From: a virus
Lineage: Duplodnaviria > Caudoviricetes
Virus record (IMG/VR): IMGVR_UViG_3300032216_001584
Span: 1-28,322 of that record
Length of the DNA stretch: 28,322 nt
Strand: one strand, 5' to 3'
How positions within the stretch are numbered: position 1 is the first letter of the stretch; every line of letters begins with the position of its first letter. The notes under the pieces are model-generated. The model made no database searches. It saw only the letters and a program-made list of their open reading frames with translations, and was not told the origin of the DNA. Shown here one piece after another: positions 1 to 9,756 of this stretch. The position numbers and the translations under genes are program-made.

Positions 1-1523
1 AAAAAGAAAGGAGCTGCTGTATTATCCCTTGCAGCTTGTGGTGGTACAAACTTAGTTTTACCTATAACAGTAGCTTGTGGAAGTTCTTGGTATTTCCTTT
101 TAGGTATTTTTGCAGTAACGTATACAGTAGGTAATATAGAAACAGAATGACCGCCATTTCTAAAAACATTAGCATCTTGTAAAAAATCTTTAGGCTCAAA
201 GGTTACATCTTCATCACGGAAGTTACCCATCATGTAATTAGCAATATCTTTACGATTCTTGGGATCTTTCACTCTACGTAACATATCTGCTACACCTTCC
301 AGCATCTCTCTGTCATCATCAGTCTGACCACCATCTTTAAATAATGGTAATGGATTTGTAGAATTTGGAGCTTTTATAAATTTATTAGAATCTAACTGAT
401 TTTCTAAAAGTTTTTTATTTGAATCTTCTGTAGAAATTAAATCATTAACAACTTTCATGTTTAGGATTCTTGGCAATACATTTTTATGTACACCCTTTCT
501 TGTTGTTTCTCCATTATCTATAAAAGCATTTTTATCTTTGGCTTGTTCATATTGATCCATCATCATTTTTGCATTACCAAATCCTCCATTATAAGACGAT
601 AATGTAAAATAATCTAAAGCTTTTTGGTCTAAATTAAGATTCTTTTTTTGAGCATATGCTTTAACAGAATCTATCTCATTTTTTAACATAGCAGCTTTAG
701 CAACAAGTGCATCTCTATTATTTTTAAATGCTGCTGTATTTACTGTTTCTCCTTTTTCATTTACAGCTTTAAATGGAGCAAATTCAAAATTCTTTGGAAG
801 ATATTTTTTTAATTTATCATATCTATCAGAAAAGGTATCTAATCCATAATACTGAAATCCATCTACAGGAAATTGAGCACTTTTTTCATCAGGTAAATTA
901 TAATGTTCTCCTACAGTCCAATTTTTTTTATTCTCAGTTAAAAAAGTATTCATACCTTCCTGCCATGCAGAAGACATAAGTAATGATGGATCTATTCCTT
1001 CTAATTTAGCTGCTTCTCTTACAACATCTAAAACACTTTTGTCATCAAAACGCATTTTAGTGTTATACATTTGTTTCATTTCTCTAGATGCCCAATTTTC
1101 CGTTCCACCATTTTGCATTGACTTTGGTGTAAAATCAAGACCATGTTGATAATATACAGATGCACCATCTTGTGCAGAAGGCATTGTCTTCTTTGCATAT
1201 GGACCATTTGATGGGGCACCATGACGAGCATACATCATTCCTGTTGCTCCTGCGAGAGAACCTCCCATTTCAAATTGTCCACCCCATGCAGGAGAATAAT
1301 TTCTACCTGTCATATCAAAACCATCACCTTCATAACCTTCTGGTGCAGATACTGAATAATCGTTGTAATTATCTTCAGTTGAATATTTATCCAACCATCC
1401 TCCAGATTTCATATTTGACTTCGCTCCAAAAAATTTACGTTGTTGTTCTGTCAATTTATGACCATGAACTTCTCCATGATGTAGAATTTCTCTAGCTTTT
1501 GAAGGTGTGAGTTTCTTTGCCAT
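1..1523 (-). CDS. Putative internal/cargo (ejected) virion protein with lytic transglycosylase (SLT/lysozyme-like) domain; 3' end runs off the window
   Basis: Not in ORF track. Manual translation from ATG at 1523 (MAKKLTPSKAREILHHGEV...) is open to the window edge. Contains REAAKLEGIDPSLLMSSAWQEG (SLT catalytic Glu motif) and YFTLSSYNGGFG (AYNAG-like motif). Lies directly after the muzzle genes, where crAss-like cargo genes usually sit. Confidence 0.75.
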   Translation of the reverse strand, partial: MAKKLTPSKAREILHHGEVHGHKLTEQQRKFFGAKSNMKSGGWLDKYSTEDNYNDYSVSAPEGYEGDGFDMTGRNYSPAWGGQFEMGGSLAGATGMMYARHGAPSNGPYAKKTMPSAQDGASVYYQHGLDFTPKSMQNGGTENWASREMKQMYNTKMRFDDKSVLDVVREAAKLEGIDPSLLMSSAWQEGMNTFLTENKKNWTVGEHYNLPDEKSAQFPVDGFQYYGLDTFSDRYDKLKKYLPKNFEFAPFKAVNEKGETVNTAAFKNNRDALVAKAAMLKNEIDSVKAYAQKKNLNLDQKALDYFTLSSYNGGFGNAKMMMDQYEQAKDKNAFIDNGETTRKGVHKNVLPRILNMKVVNDLISTEDSNKKLLENQLDSNKFIKAPNSTNPLPLFKDGGQTDDDREMLEGVADMLRRVKDPKNRKDIANYMMGNFRDEDVTFEPKDFLQDANVFRNGGHSVSILPTVYVTAKIPKRKYQELPQATVIGKTKFVPPQAARDNTAAPFF

Positions 1524-2389
1524 TACTTATAAGAAATTTGACTTGGTACAAGAATGAATTGTGAAACAAGATGGACATGATCACGATCGTCAAGAATATG
1601 CCTTATCTTAAGTTCTTTTGCCCTAAGAGGAGCTTTTTTAAATGAACGCTTTGAATAGTCCATGTTTGATTGATTGATCACTTTATCAACAGAGGTTGAC
1701 TCACAACTCTTTACAAAGAGTGGTTGTGCCTTGTCTTTGTTAAGTGCCCAAAATGTATTGTATTGATAGAAATTATCAGACTTTGTATATGTGATTGTTT
1801 TACTATCACTACTGTACAAAGGATACTTCATATACTCGCTAAGATTGTTTTTTGGTTTTGCTACAAGATTCAATATGCCAGAAGACTGCTGACCATTATA
1901 CAGAATAGCTTTATTGAAGTATTCTCTATCAAGTTCTATTTTTCCAGCATCAAAGAATACACCATTGTCATTTGGGAAATGTTTGTATGCCTTTGTATAA
2001 TCTCTTACGTTTTGTAAGATTTCATCTTGGAATTTATATCCAAATGCATATTCAATTACATAAGGAACTATTTTTCCATAGAAAGAATTATACAATTCTG
2101 GGTTTTGCAAATGTTTCCAAATACTTGCTGTATCAACATCATTATATTCAATCTTTGAAATTTCCACTTGGGTTTTTTGAACTATCCCCATATTATAAAC
2201 TATAGATGGAAATTCTACTGATGTTAATATTACAACTGAAACATTACTATTTACAGAATATGTAATTCCTTTGGAAAGTCTTTCCTTGGTTACATTTTCT
2301 TCTAATGTATTTCCAAGATTGTCCTGAATGTTGAATGTCAACATTCTGCTGCCAGCCTTGGTTAATTTTACAGTAATATTCTTTGCCAT
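1523..2389 (-). CDS. C-terminal part of crAss-like tail stabilization/muzzle protein, with a small N-terminal beta domain
   Basis: 288 aa. IWKH..YNSFYG..PYVIEY, FNKAILYNGQQSSG and LRAKELKIRHILD resemble the usual muzzle/P22 gp10-like C-terminus. The first ~60 aa resemble the N-terminus of 2396..2929. Confidence 0.65.
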   Translation of the reverse strand: MAKNITVKLTKAGSRMLTFNIQDNLGNTLEENVTKERLSKGITYSVNSNVSVVILTSVEFPSIVYNMGIVQKTQVEISKIEYNDVDTASIWKHLQNPELYNSFYGKIVPYVIEYAFGYKFQDEILQNVRDYTKAYKHFPNDNGVFFDAGKIELDREYFNKAILYNGQQSSGILNLVAKPKNNLSEYMKYPLYSSDSKTITYTKSDNFYQYNTFWALNKDKAQPLFVKSCESTSVDKVINQSNMDYSKRSFKKAPLRAKELKIRHILDDRDHVHLVSQFILVPSQISYK

Positions 2390-2395
2390 AACAGA

Positions 2396-2929
2396 TTAGA
2401 TTGCAGAACAAGCTGTTGATTGTGAAGTAAATGCATAAGGATCCATTATTGGAGAAGCAGCAACATAAGATCCAGATCCTGTAACTTTATAAACTTCAGA
2501 TGGTGTACTTACTCCAGTTTGACGATAATATTTGTTTGTAACAAGTGTTGCTGGACTTTGTACAGCTACAGTTCTACTACCTGTCACAAGTCCTGTAGCA
2601 CAAGAATAAATATCAGCTACATAGTATGCGTAAGTAATGGCTGCTGTTGTTGTGGAAGTGGTAGATGTAGAAGAAGTGGAAGAGGTGGAAGATGTAGTTG
2701 TCAAACCACCAATTGCAATATTTACATAGTTTGTACAAGCTCCTGCAGACATTACACGTACAGTTGTTGTACCATCTGGTACAAGAGTTGATAAATATCC
2801 TCCCACAAGAGCAGTTTTACTCACTCCTGTTTCAAATGCGCTGATATATCCATCGTAATTTGAATACAAATTAAAAGGACCAGTACTTGCTCCAGCTGAT
2901 GTCAAAGTTATAAATACAGATATAGGCAT
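2396..2929 (-). CDS. Hypothetical two-domain virion protein with Ser/Thr linker
   Basis: 177 aa. Beta-rich N-terminal domain (ITLTSAGASTGPFNL), TTTSSTSSTSSTSTTSTTT linker, small Cys-flanked C-terminal domain. Confidence 0.7.
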   Translation of the reverse strand: MPISVFITLTSAGASTGPFNLYSNYDGYISAFETGVSKTALVGGYLSTLVPDGTTTVRVMSAGACTNYVNIAIGGLTTTSSTSSTSSTSTTSTTTAAITYAYYVADIYSCATGLVTGSRTVAVQSPATLVTNKYYRQTGVSTPSEVYKVTGSGSYVAASPIMDPYAFTSQSTACSAI

Positions 2930-2938
2930 AGTATATTT

Positions 2939-5900
2939 TTATAAAGGTTCGTACAAAACTGCATTACCACTTAGTGTACAAGCTGCTATTGTAGTTGTAC
3001 TTGTTGTTGTAGTTGGTGCAATACTTGATGTTGTTGTTGTAGTTCCAGGATAGTAGGAAGTTGCTACACCAGCTAATGCACAATAATTTATTGTTGTAGA
3101 ACTTGTTGTGCTAGTTGATGAAGTGCTTGATGTACTACTAGTTGAAGTGGATGATGTTGAAGATGTTGTTGATTGAGGAATCTCTTCAATAGCAATAGCT
3201 TCAAGATCTACACCTACATTCAATCCAGAATAGAAGAAGTTGTTTTCTGCTATATACCAGTTGGGAATATAGCTATGGAAACTAATCCAACTATTTGTAT
3301 TGAAGTTGTAAGAAAGCGTCCAAGATTTATTACAGAAATATCTAGTGTCTGTTACATTAATTTTTACAGGAATTACAGATGTTCCATAAGTTTTATCAAT
3401 ATAAAACTCTGAATCTTCTGTATTGTAATAAATATCTGTAGACAATGGGAGATAGTCCAGTTTAGATATAATAACTCTGTCAAACTTACTATCAAATATT
3501 CCATGCAAACCAATTCCTTTGAAATGGTTATCGATATTCACTTCTGGGAAATATCTCAAGATTTCAAATTGCAAATGGTCTGTCAAAAATCTATTCATAC
3601 CCCCACCAAATCCTGAAAGATCATGAACTTGTTGTCCAGACAACAAAAACACTTGTCCTCTTTTAGCATCTACAGTAACCTGACCATGAGGTATCTTTAA
3701 AAGAAACTTGTGTTGACTTCCTACATAACCAATGTCTGTTTCTGCAAAATCAATTGGAGGAGCAGATTTAAACAATGTATCATTACCAACGTAAGCTGCT
3801 TGAGGGTTGCTTGTATCAATTGTCAACAATGTGTTGTACAACAATGATTTATTTTCAAACCTTGCAAGAATAGCTCTGTTTTGAATGCCATCTAGAGATG
3901 TAAGTTTTCCGTAATTTTGAGGAAAATCAAACATTGATGCTGGACGATAAATAATCCAGTTGTTTATTGTATTATCTGTATAAGTGATTTGCTTGTCAGA
4001 ATAGATTGCCCTGAATGGGAAAACTGTGTAGCAAAGTTTATTAGACCAATTTACAGAAAGATGAGAAAAATAATTCTCTTTGTTTTGCTTTGAATAAGTG
4101 GTGTTGTACCAATACGTATTATCATTTGCAATTGATACGTGTGATTCTTGTAACCAATCATCAGGAATACCTGAGCTTACATGAGGATAGAAATCTCCTT
4201 CTTTACTATTAAATGCTTGTCTAAGATCTACATTGATTGAAGACTCACAATAGAAATAAGGAACACCGTATGCAAAGAGATACATCTTACCATCATAAAA
4301 TGTTCTATTTGGGTTTACTACTTTTGGATTAGCTGTAGGATCTGGTGTGGGTAATTGACTGTTTGGACAATCAAAATTATGAGCTTTTGTAGATATGATG
4401 TTAGTCAATTGTTTTACAACTGATGTACCACTTACTACCTCATAATCGCTTAATACAGATCTTGATGAAAACCAATATTTAGGATAGGCAACATTTCCTA
4501 TCTCATCATAAAAAATATCAGAGTCATCGTTTGCGCCAACTCTATTATCTATAAAGAAAGGAAGTTTTGTTTTTAGTGCAAACTTGCCTATAAATGTATC
4601 TCCACCAAATATTGTTGTAGAAGAATTTCTTAATGTTTTCTGATATCCTGTATCAATTGTATTGTAAGAATATATTTGACCCCACTGATTAACATTTTCG
4701 TTTTTCATTGAGGCATAATACACTACACTAGTTATATCAATTTCTTTATTTGGACTATAACAATTTCCTGTTGTTCCTAATGTATTTCTACTATTATCAA
4801 TTACAGCACTTACATTCCCAGGAAGAAGCACACTTGGAGTTTGTTCTGCAAAAGGAAGTGTTGTGTTAGTTTTTACATATACAGAAGATTCACGTTGATA
4901 GTTATTTAAACTATAATCATCATTTACTGATTGTACTCCAGGAATAACATATTCAGCAATATCAAGTTTTCTTTGTTTTATTCCAAGATTATTATCAATA
5001 GAAGCATGATAGTCATAATTTAATATAGAATTATATGAATATGTAAAATTCTTTCTTGTAATTCCATTAATGTAAATTTGAATATATGCTTGATATGCTG
5101 TAAACATTGCTGTTGCATCAAATGTTGTAGTATAATTTGCTACATCAACACTTGATTTAAGTGCATCTTGTTGAGCTTCTTTAGTAAGCAGTTTGTAAAG
5201 AGCATGTTTCTTCACCTCTACAAAATGTGCTTTTCCTGCTCCAAATATTACATTTTCAAGCTTTAATATATTTCCAAGAAATGGTTGACCAAATGATGTT
5301 TCAGGAGAATTAAATACAAATCTTTGTTTTACACCATCAGTTAAAAATGCTGATAATTGAGAAGGCGAACAAGACTCATTTACAGTTGAATTATTTTCTG
5401 TTACTGTATAAGATTTTACCCCTCTAATAAAGGATGGCATAGTTACAGATTCTACAACTGTAGGAGACGTTGAAGGTTTTACAGTTACAGCTATATGATT
5501 ATTATATATAGGACTAACTATGTCAAAAGCTACATAATCATTAGTACCACCATAAACATTAAGTGTATAAGTTGAATAAGATACTTTTGTAATTAAATGT
5601 CCTGTATTTTTACCAAAAGGTAATGTTACTGAACAAAGTCTTATCATTTGACTTTTTACAACTTCAAATATTGATGTTGTACCTGATTCACAATTAGTAT
5701 ACTCAATAATATCATTTGATGCAGGAACAATTTGATAAACAGAGCATTGTGAAATATATGCATTGTTTTTCTGTAAAAGAAAAGGATCTTTCCTAATATC
5801 ATTATAGGGGTAGTTGGGGAAATAGTATGTAGTTCCTTCTCTTTCGTATTTACCAACATTACGTATAATTCCTTTTGCAAGAACAGATTTATTTGTAGAC

Positions 5901-7606
5901 CTGTCTCCTCTTACAATTTTAAATCCTACAATATCTGCTTTTTGTTCATCTGTTAATGAAGACTTTAAAATAAGCTCCATAACTTGCTGATTATCAATCT
6001 TTACTCCTATAGGATAGATTGCATCTTTAACCATTGCAAGTTTGTATTTTCCATCTCCTCCATATTCAATTGTAGGAGATTCAAAAATAGGACTCACTTT
6101 AAGATCTGGAAACTTGTGATGTCTGATTGGTTGATTTGACAAATCTCCCCAAACATCTTCATTGCAAGGATAGGTTTCTGTAGATTCCCAATATGCAAAT
6201 TTTCCATATTGGTAAGGACCTTTATATGATTTACTTGTTGAATATTGTGGTGAATTTGCAATAACAGATGCTGTATTGTATATTTTCCAATATGGAGAAT
6301 ATCCCACTGATCCAACAGAATAAGTTGGTTCACCAATAAAGTCAGCATTTGTATTAGGAATATCTGGATATTGTGCAGCTTCCTCAAGACTTAATACTCT
6401 GCCAGGAATATGAAATCCGTCTGTTTGTTTACCGTTCTTTAATAAGAATACAATCTCAAAAGCATAAATTTCATCACGAAGATAACCTCTTAGGTTTGTA
6501 GCATTTAATTCATCAGCATAGGATTCTGTAGATGGTATTCTCCAGCTTTCCCATAACAGAGTTATTTGATTTGCAATTTTCTGATAATTGATTTGTTGTA
6601 CAGATGTAAGATTGCTCCATACAAGAACATCTTGAACAGCTGTTACATCTTGAGCAATTTCATAGTTTGCAAACTTTTCAAATATATCATTAACGGTCAG
6701 ATTGATTGTGCTTTGACCAGTGTATGTAATTTGTTTAGTTGCTTGGTCAATGAAATAAGTTCCTACAACTTGAACTGATGTAATTCCATTAATTGTTTTT
6801 ATTACAGCAACATTGTAATATTCAAAATATCCTTGTACATCAATATTTGATATATTGAGAACAATTGATTTACCAACAGGATAATTAAAATCAGCAGATG
6901 TAACATCTGGATTTGCAATTGGTGTAGGATTTGTAACAGAATAATAAGATGTATAGCCATCACCATTTGCTGTACAATATTGTATTGCAAATTGATATGT
7001 TCCTGCCAACAACTCTCCTCCACTTACAACATCAATAACATTAATGTTGGGAATGGAAAATTGAGGCATCACTTTCATTTTATTACAATCTATTTCTGTT
7101 GTAGTGACGTTATCACATACATCAGAACCTTCCAAAATTCTGTATGGAAGATTTTCAAGGTCTATAAACCTTCTTTCATTATATCCATCAGTCCAATAAA
7201 TCTCAGTGGTACAATTAGTAATCTTATGTACAGATTTATGTATAGGATGATTGATGCTGAAGTTTAAACAGTTTGCATTTATCACTTTATGATAGACGCA
7301 ATCGTTATTTTTCATATATCCAATCTCGCTTTCTCCTGTAATAGGATTTGCTAAGAAGAATATATGCTTTGTTTGTTCAGGAATAAAATGTGAACCTATA
7401 AGTTGAAAGTCTTCAGGGAAAGTGATGCAAAGGTCATTTCCCTGTTCGTTCTGATAGTTAACTGAGTTATTATCAAAGTTTTCAAGAGCTGCGTTGAGAG
7501 CATATGACAATTTACCCTGACCAATCTGATTTACAGATGAGTCAAGATCTAGACCAACTCTAGCAACACCAAGCTCTTGCCGTACATTAGTTGTTTCTTC
7601 AGCCAT
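2939..7606 (-). CDS. Tail stabilization protein / muzzle (crAss-like Tstab), N-terminal major part
   Basis: 1555 aa. Motifs IYWTDGYNERRFID, GELLAGTYQFAIQY, RGYLRDEIYAFEIVF, IFGGDTFI and WTLSYNFNTNSWISFHSYIPNW. Follows the tail tubular gene. Confidence 0.85.
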   Translation of the reverse strand: MAEETTNVRQELGVARVGLDLDSSVNQIGQGKLSYALNAALENFDNNSVNYQNEQGNDLCITFPEDFQLIGSHFIPEQTKHIFFLANPITGESEIGYMKNNDCVYHKVINANCLNFSINHPIHKSVHKITNCTTEIYWTDGYNERRFIDLENLPYRILEGSDVCDNVTTTEIDCNKMKVMPQFSIPNINVIDVVSGGELLAGTYQFAIQYCTANGDGYTSYYSVTNPTPIANPDVTSADFNYPVGKSIVLNISNIDVQGYFEYYNVAVIKTINGITSVQVVGTYFIDQATKQITYTGQSTINLTVNDIFEKFANYEIAQDVTAVQDVLVWSNLTSVQQINYQKIANQITLLWESWRIPSTESYADELNATNLRGYLRDEIYAFEIVFLLKNGKQTDGFHIPGRVLSLEEAAQYPDIPNTNADFIGEPTYSVGSVGYSPYWKIYNTASVIANSPQYSTSKSYKGPYQYGKFAYWESTETYPCNEDVWGDLSNQPIRHHKFPDLKVSPIFESPTIEYGGDGKYKLAMVKDAIYPIGVKIDNQQVMELILKSSLTDEQKADIVGFKIVRGDRSTNKSVLAKGIIRNVGKYEREGTTYYFPNYPYNDIRKDPFLLQKNNAYISQCSVYQIVPASNDIIEYTNCESGTTSIFEVVKSQMIRLCSVTLPFGKNTGHLITKVSYSTYTLNVYGGTNDYVAFDIVSPIYNNHIAVTVKPSTSPTVVESVTMPSFIRGVKSYTVTENNSTVNESCSPSQLSAFLTDGVKQRFVFNSPETSFGQPFLGNILKLENVIFGAGKAHFVEVKKHALYKLLTKEAQQDALKSSVDVANYTTTFDATAMFTAYQAYIQIYINGITRKNFTYSYNSILNYDYHASIDNNLGIKQRKLDIAEYVIPGVQSVNDDYSLNNYQRESSVYVKTNTTLPFAEQTPSVLLPGNVSAVIDNSRNTLGTTGNCYSPNKEIDITSVVYYASMKNENVNQWGQIYSYNTIDTGYQKTLRNSSTTIFGGDTFIGKFALKTKLPFFIDNRVGANDDSDIFYDEIGNVAYPKYWFSSRSVLSDYEVVSGTSVVKQLTNIISTKAHNFDCPNSQLPTPDPTANPKVVNPNRTFYDGKMYLFAYGVPYFYCESSINVDLRQAFNSKEGDFYPHVSSGIPDDWLQESHVSIANDNTYWYNTTYSKQNKENYFSHLSVNWSNKLCYTVFPFRAIYSDKQITYTDNTINNWIIYRPASMFDFPQNYGKLTSLDGIQNRAILARFENKSLLYNTLLTIDTSNPQAAYVGNDTLFKSAPPIDFAETDIGYVGSQHKFLLKIPHGQVTVDAKRGQVFLLSGQQVHDLSGFGGGMNRFLTDHLQFEILRYFPEVNIDNHFKGIGLHGIFDSKFDRVIISKLDYLPLSTDIYYNTEDSEFYIDKTYGTSVIPVKINVTDTRYFCNKSWTLSYNFNTNSWISFHSYIPNWYIAENNFFYSGLNVGVDLEAIAIEEIPQSTTSSTSSTSTSSTSSTSSTSTTSSTTINYCALAGVATSYYPGTTTTTSSIAPTTTTSTTTIAACTLSGNAVLYEPL
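2990..3172 (-). repeat. Ser/Thr low-complexity coding tracts at the muzzle C-terminus
   Basis: Encodes STTSSTSSTSTSSTSSTSSTSTTSSTT and TTTTTSSIAPTTTTSTTT. Boundaries approximate. Confidence 0.9.
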
Positions 7607-7624
7607 TTAATATTCTTTTTGCTT

Positions 7625-8548
7625 TTATGAGTTGCGTCTCCAGCCATATCTGTAGCTTCTATTTGGTAATTCGTACATATTAAATCTGCTCAAATCTTGC
7701 TTTATCCTACGTTGTTTAGCATATACATCTTGCTTCTTGATTTCAATATCTGCCATGATGAATGCTTCTTCGGAAAGCTGTTTGTAGTAATTCAGCTTCT
7801 CTCTAATTTGAGCAAATGTTTCATCATTGATTTGATTAAGAAGTGTTTCAAATATTTTATACTTGATAAATGCTTCTATGTATTCTCTTATACGATAGTT
7901 GTCAGGAATCATTTGATTACCGCTATTGTCATATTCATTTGCATAGAATATGAGATTTACAACACCGCTTCTAAAATTTGTAACAAATTTATTATCTCTA
8001 ATATCAAATGAGTCTGCAGCAGAAGATCCAAGATTTTTACAATCCAATGAACAGTTTGCTTTTACAGAAATATTTCCTGGTTTTAGCAGGAAAGATCTGT
8101 TATAAGAAACCATTGTAGAATTGTTTGTCTTATAAACAGACTGAATCAATTCTGGCATACATACACCATTACAAGAATCGCTTCCACAAGTTGCACAAAC
8201 ACCATGTCTAGTTTCAAGAGCACTCACTTGTATTGTAGTTTCAGTGTCTGCTTGAGAATAAAAGGAATTTGCAGTTTGATGTGGATAACCATTTACAGTT
8301 GTGCAAAGCCATGCTTCACGTACAGCAAAAAAGTTTTCTGGGAGACGAGCTTGAAAGTCTTCTATATCAAGATAGATTTCTTGAATATCATAGGAAGATT
8401 TACCAAGTTTTCTAAGACATTTGTCTGTATATGTAGGGAACATCAAATCATCGATAGCCCCAGTATCCATGTAGCTTTTAAATTCCTCTTTTATGATTGC
8501 ATAAACAGGCTCAGGAGATACAAAATTATATTGATAATAATATGACAT
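7625..8548 (-). CDS. Tail tubular / ring protein (crAss-like Ttub)
   Basis: 307 aa. FVTNFRSGVVNLIFY...GNQMIPDN...EYIEAFIKYK pattern; lies directly upstream of Tstab. Confidence 0.75.
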   Translation of the reverse strand: MSYYYQYNFVSPEPVYAIIKEEFKSYMDTGAIDDLMFPTYTDKCLRKLGKSSYDIQEIYLDIEDFQARLPENFFAVREAWLCTTVNGYPHQTANSFYSQADTETTIQVSALETRHGVCATCGSDSCNGVCMPELIQSVYKTNNSTMVSYNRSFLLKPGNISVKANCSLDCKNLGSSAADSFDIRDNKFVTNFRSGVVNLIFYANEYDNSGNQMIPDNYRIREYIEAFIKYKIFETLLNQINDETFAQIREKLNYYKQLSEEAFIMADIEIKKQDVYAKQRRIKQDLSRFNMYELPNRSYRYGWRRNS

Positions 8549-8554
8549 GTTTAA

Positions 8555-9031
8555 TTACTTTTTCCATTCATGATAAGTGTGTTGATACTTTTCATTGGTT
8601 TTGATATACTGAGCTAGCATTCTTGACGTGACTCTTGATGGTTTAAAATACCAAAATGTTGTTCCTTTAAATCTTGCTGTATCTTTAAACCATATCCATC
8701 CAAAAAAATAACCTTCTGTGTGGTAGTTGAAATTGTATATAATTTTACCCTTTTCTCTTGTTCTCACCCAATCTACAGGAAGATTTATATATTGTTTTCC
8801 ATCAATTTCTTTTATTCTCTTTCTTTTCTTTTTGTTAATTGAAAATTCACCAAATCCAAAAGGCATCTTTTCTTTATCACCTGTTTCAAGAATGTGATTT
8901 CTAAAAGCCTCATTAAACTTATAAATAATATTCTTCCAGTCTTCAAAAGAAACTTTTATGTCAGGATGTTTCTTACAGAAGTTTGTATAGTTTTCTTTAC
9001 TTGATGATCTCCAATCTACCTTTACTCTCAT
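8555..9031 (-). CDS. IHF/HU-like DNA-binding protein (crAss IHF_53-like)
   Basis: 158 aa, basic. ILETGDKEKMPFGFGEFSINKKKR is an HU-type signature, followed by VDWVRT; synteny before Ttub. Confidence 0.75.
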   Translation of the reverse strand: MRVKVDWRSSSKENYTNFCKKHPDIKVSFEDWKNIIYKFNEAFRNHILETGDKEKMPFGFGEFSINKKKRKRIKEIDGKQYINLPVDWVRTREKGKIIYNFNYHTEGYFFGWIWFKDTARFKGTTFWYFKPSRVTSRMLAQYIKTNEKYQHTYHEWKK

Positions 9032-9756
9032 TATTTTTGATTTGCTACATTTGGTGCTTGTCCATCAATTCCATTATCTGCCAAATCTGATTTAAGCCTA
9101 AAATATGTTGACAAGAGTTTTTTTGTAGTCAGTTCTAAAACTTGTGTTTCAAGATAACCAGGAATTCCAAAATCTTTATCAAGAGGATTTTTGCAATAGT
9201 CGTCCATGTTTATTCCATTTTTGCAGCAGCATTCTGAAAACATAATTTCATTAGGAATGTCTTCTTCAAAAAATGCTGATAGACGAATTGCTTCAACCAT
9301 AGGATCGCTTACGTACAGATAATCATTTACAATCCAGAAATACTCCTCATTTTTAATTATAGGGAGTTTTAAAAGATTCATATATCTGTTGATGGTTATT
9401 TCTTTAAGCTTCTTACCTCTGCCTCCCAAAGCGTTTATTGAATAAACACCTTGTATTACATATTGGTAATTTCCTTCGGATATTCTTGGAATTTTAAATT
9501 TTGTTCTTGCTACTGTACAAGGATCTACATAATCACAACATTCAGAAATAGGAACTTCCACCAATTCCAAACAAGGAATGGTGGTAAACAAAGTATCTGT
9601 AGCCCAGAGTTTGCGAAGATTTGTTTCTCTTTTTACAAGAAGAAATGTGTTGTTTTTTATTTCAGATGCAATAACCCTATCGTTTATAAGATTATCTGTA
9701 GAAAGCAATTTGTGCATTCCACGTACATCTGCTACTAATTTTCTTAATGTTGACAT
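9031..9756 (-). CDS. Putative tail ring/adaptor protein
   Basis: 241 aa. Helical N-terminus, TTIPCLELVEV, YFWIVNDYLYV and a C-terminal helix as in crAss-like ring proteins; synteny. Confidence 0.6.
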   Translation of the reverse strand: MSTLRKLVADVRGMHKLLSTDNLINDRVIASEIKNNTFLLVKRETNLRKLWATDTLFTTIPCLELVEVPISECCDYVDPCTVARTKFKIPRISEGNYQYVIQGVYSINALGGRGKKLKEITINRYMNLLKLPIIKNEEYFWIVNDYLYVSDPMVEAIRLSAFFEEDIPNEIMFSECCCKNGINMDDYCKNPLDKDFGIPGYLETQVLELTTKKLLSTYFRLKSDLADNGIDGQAPNVANQK

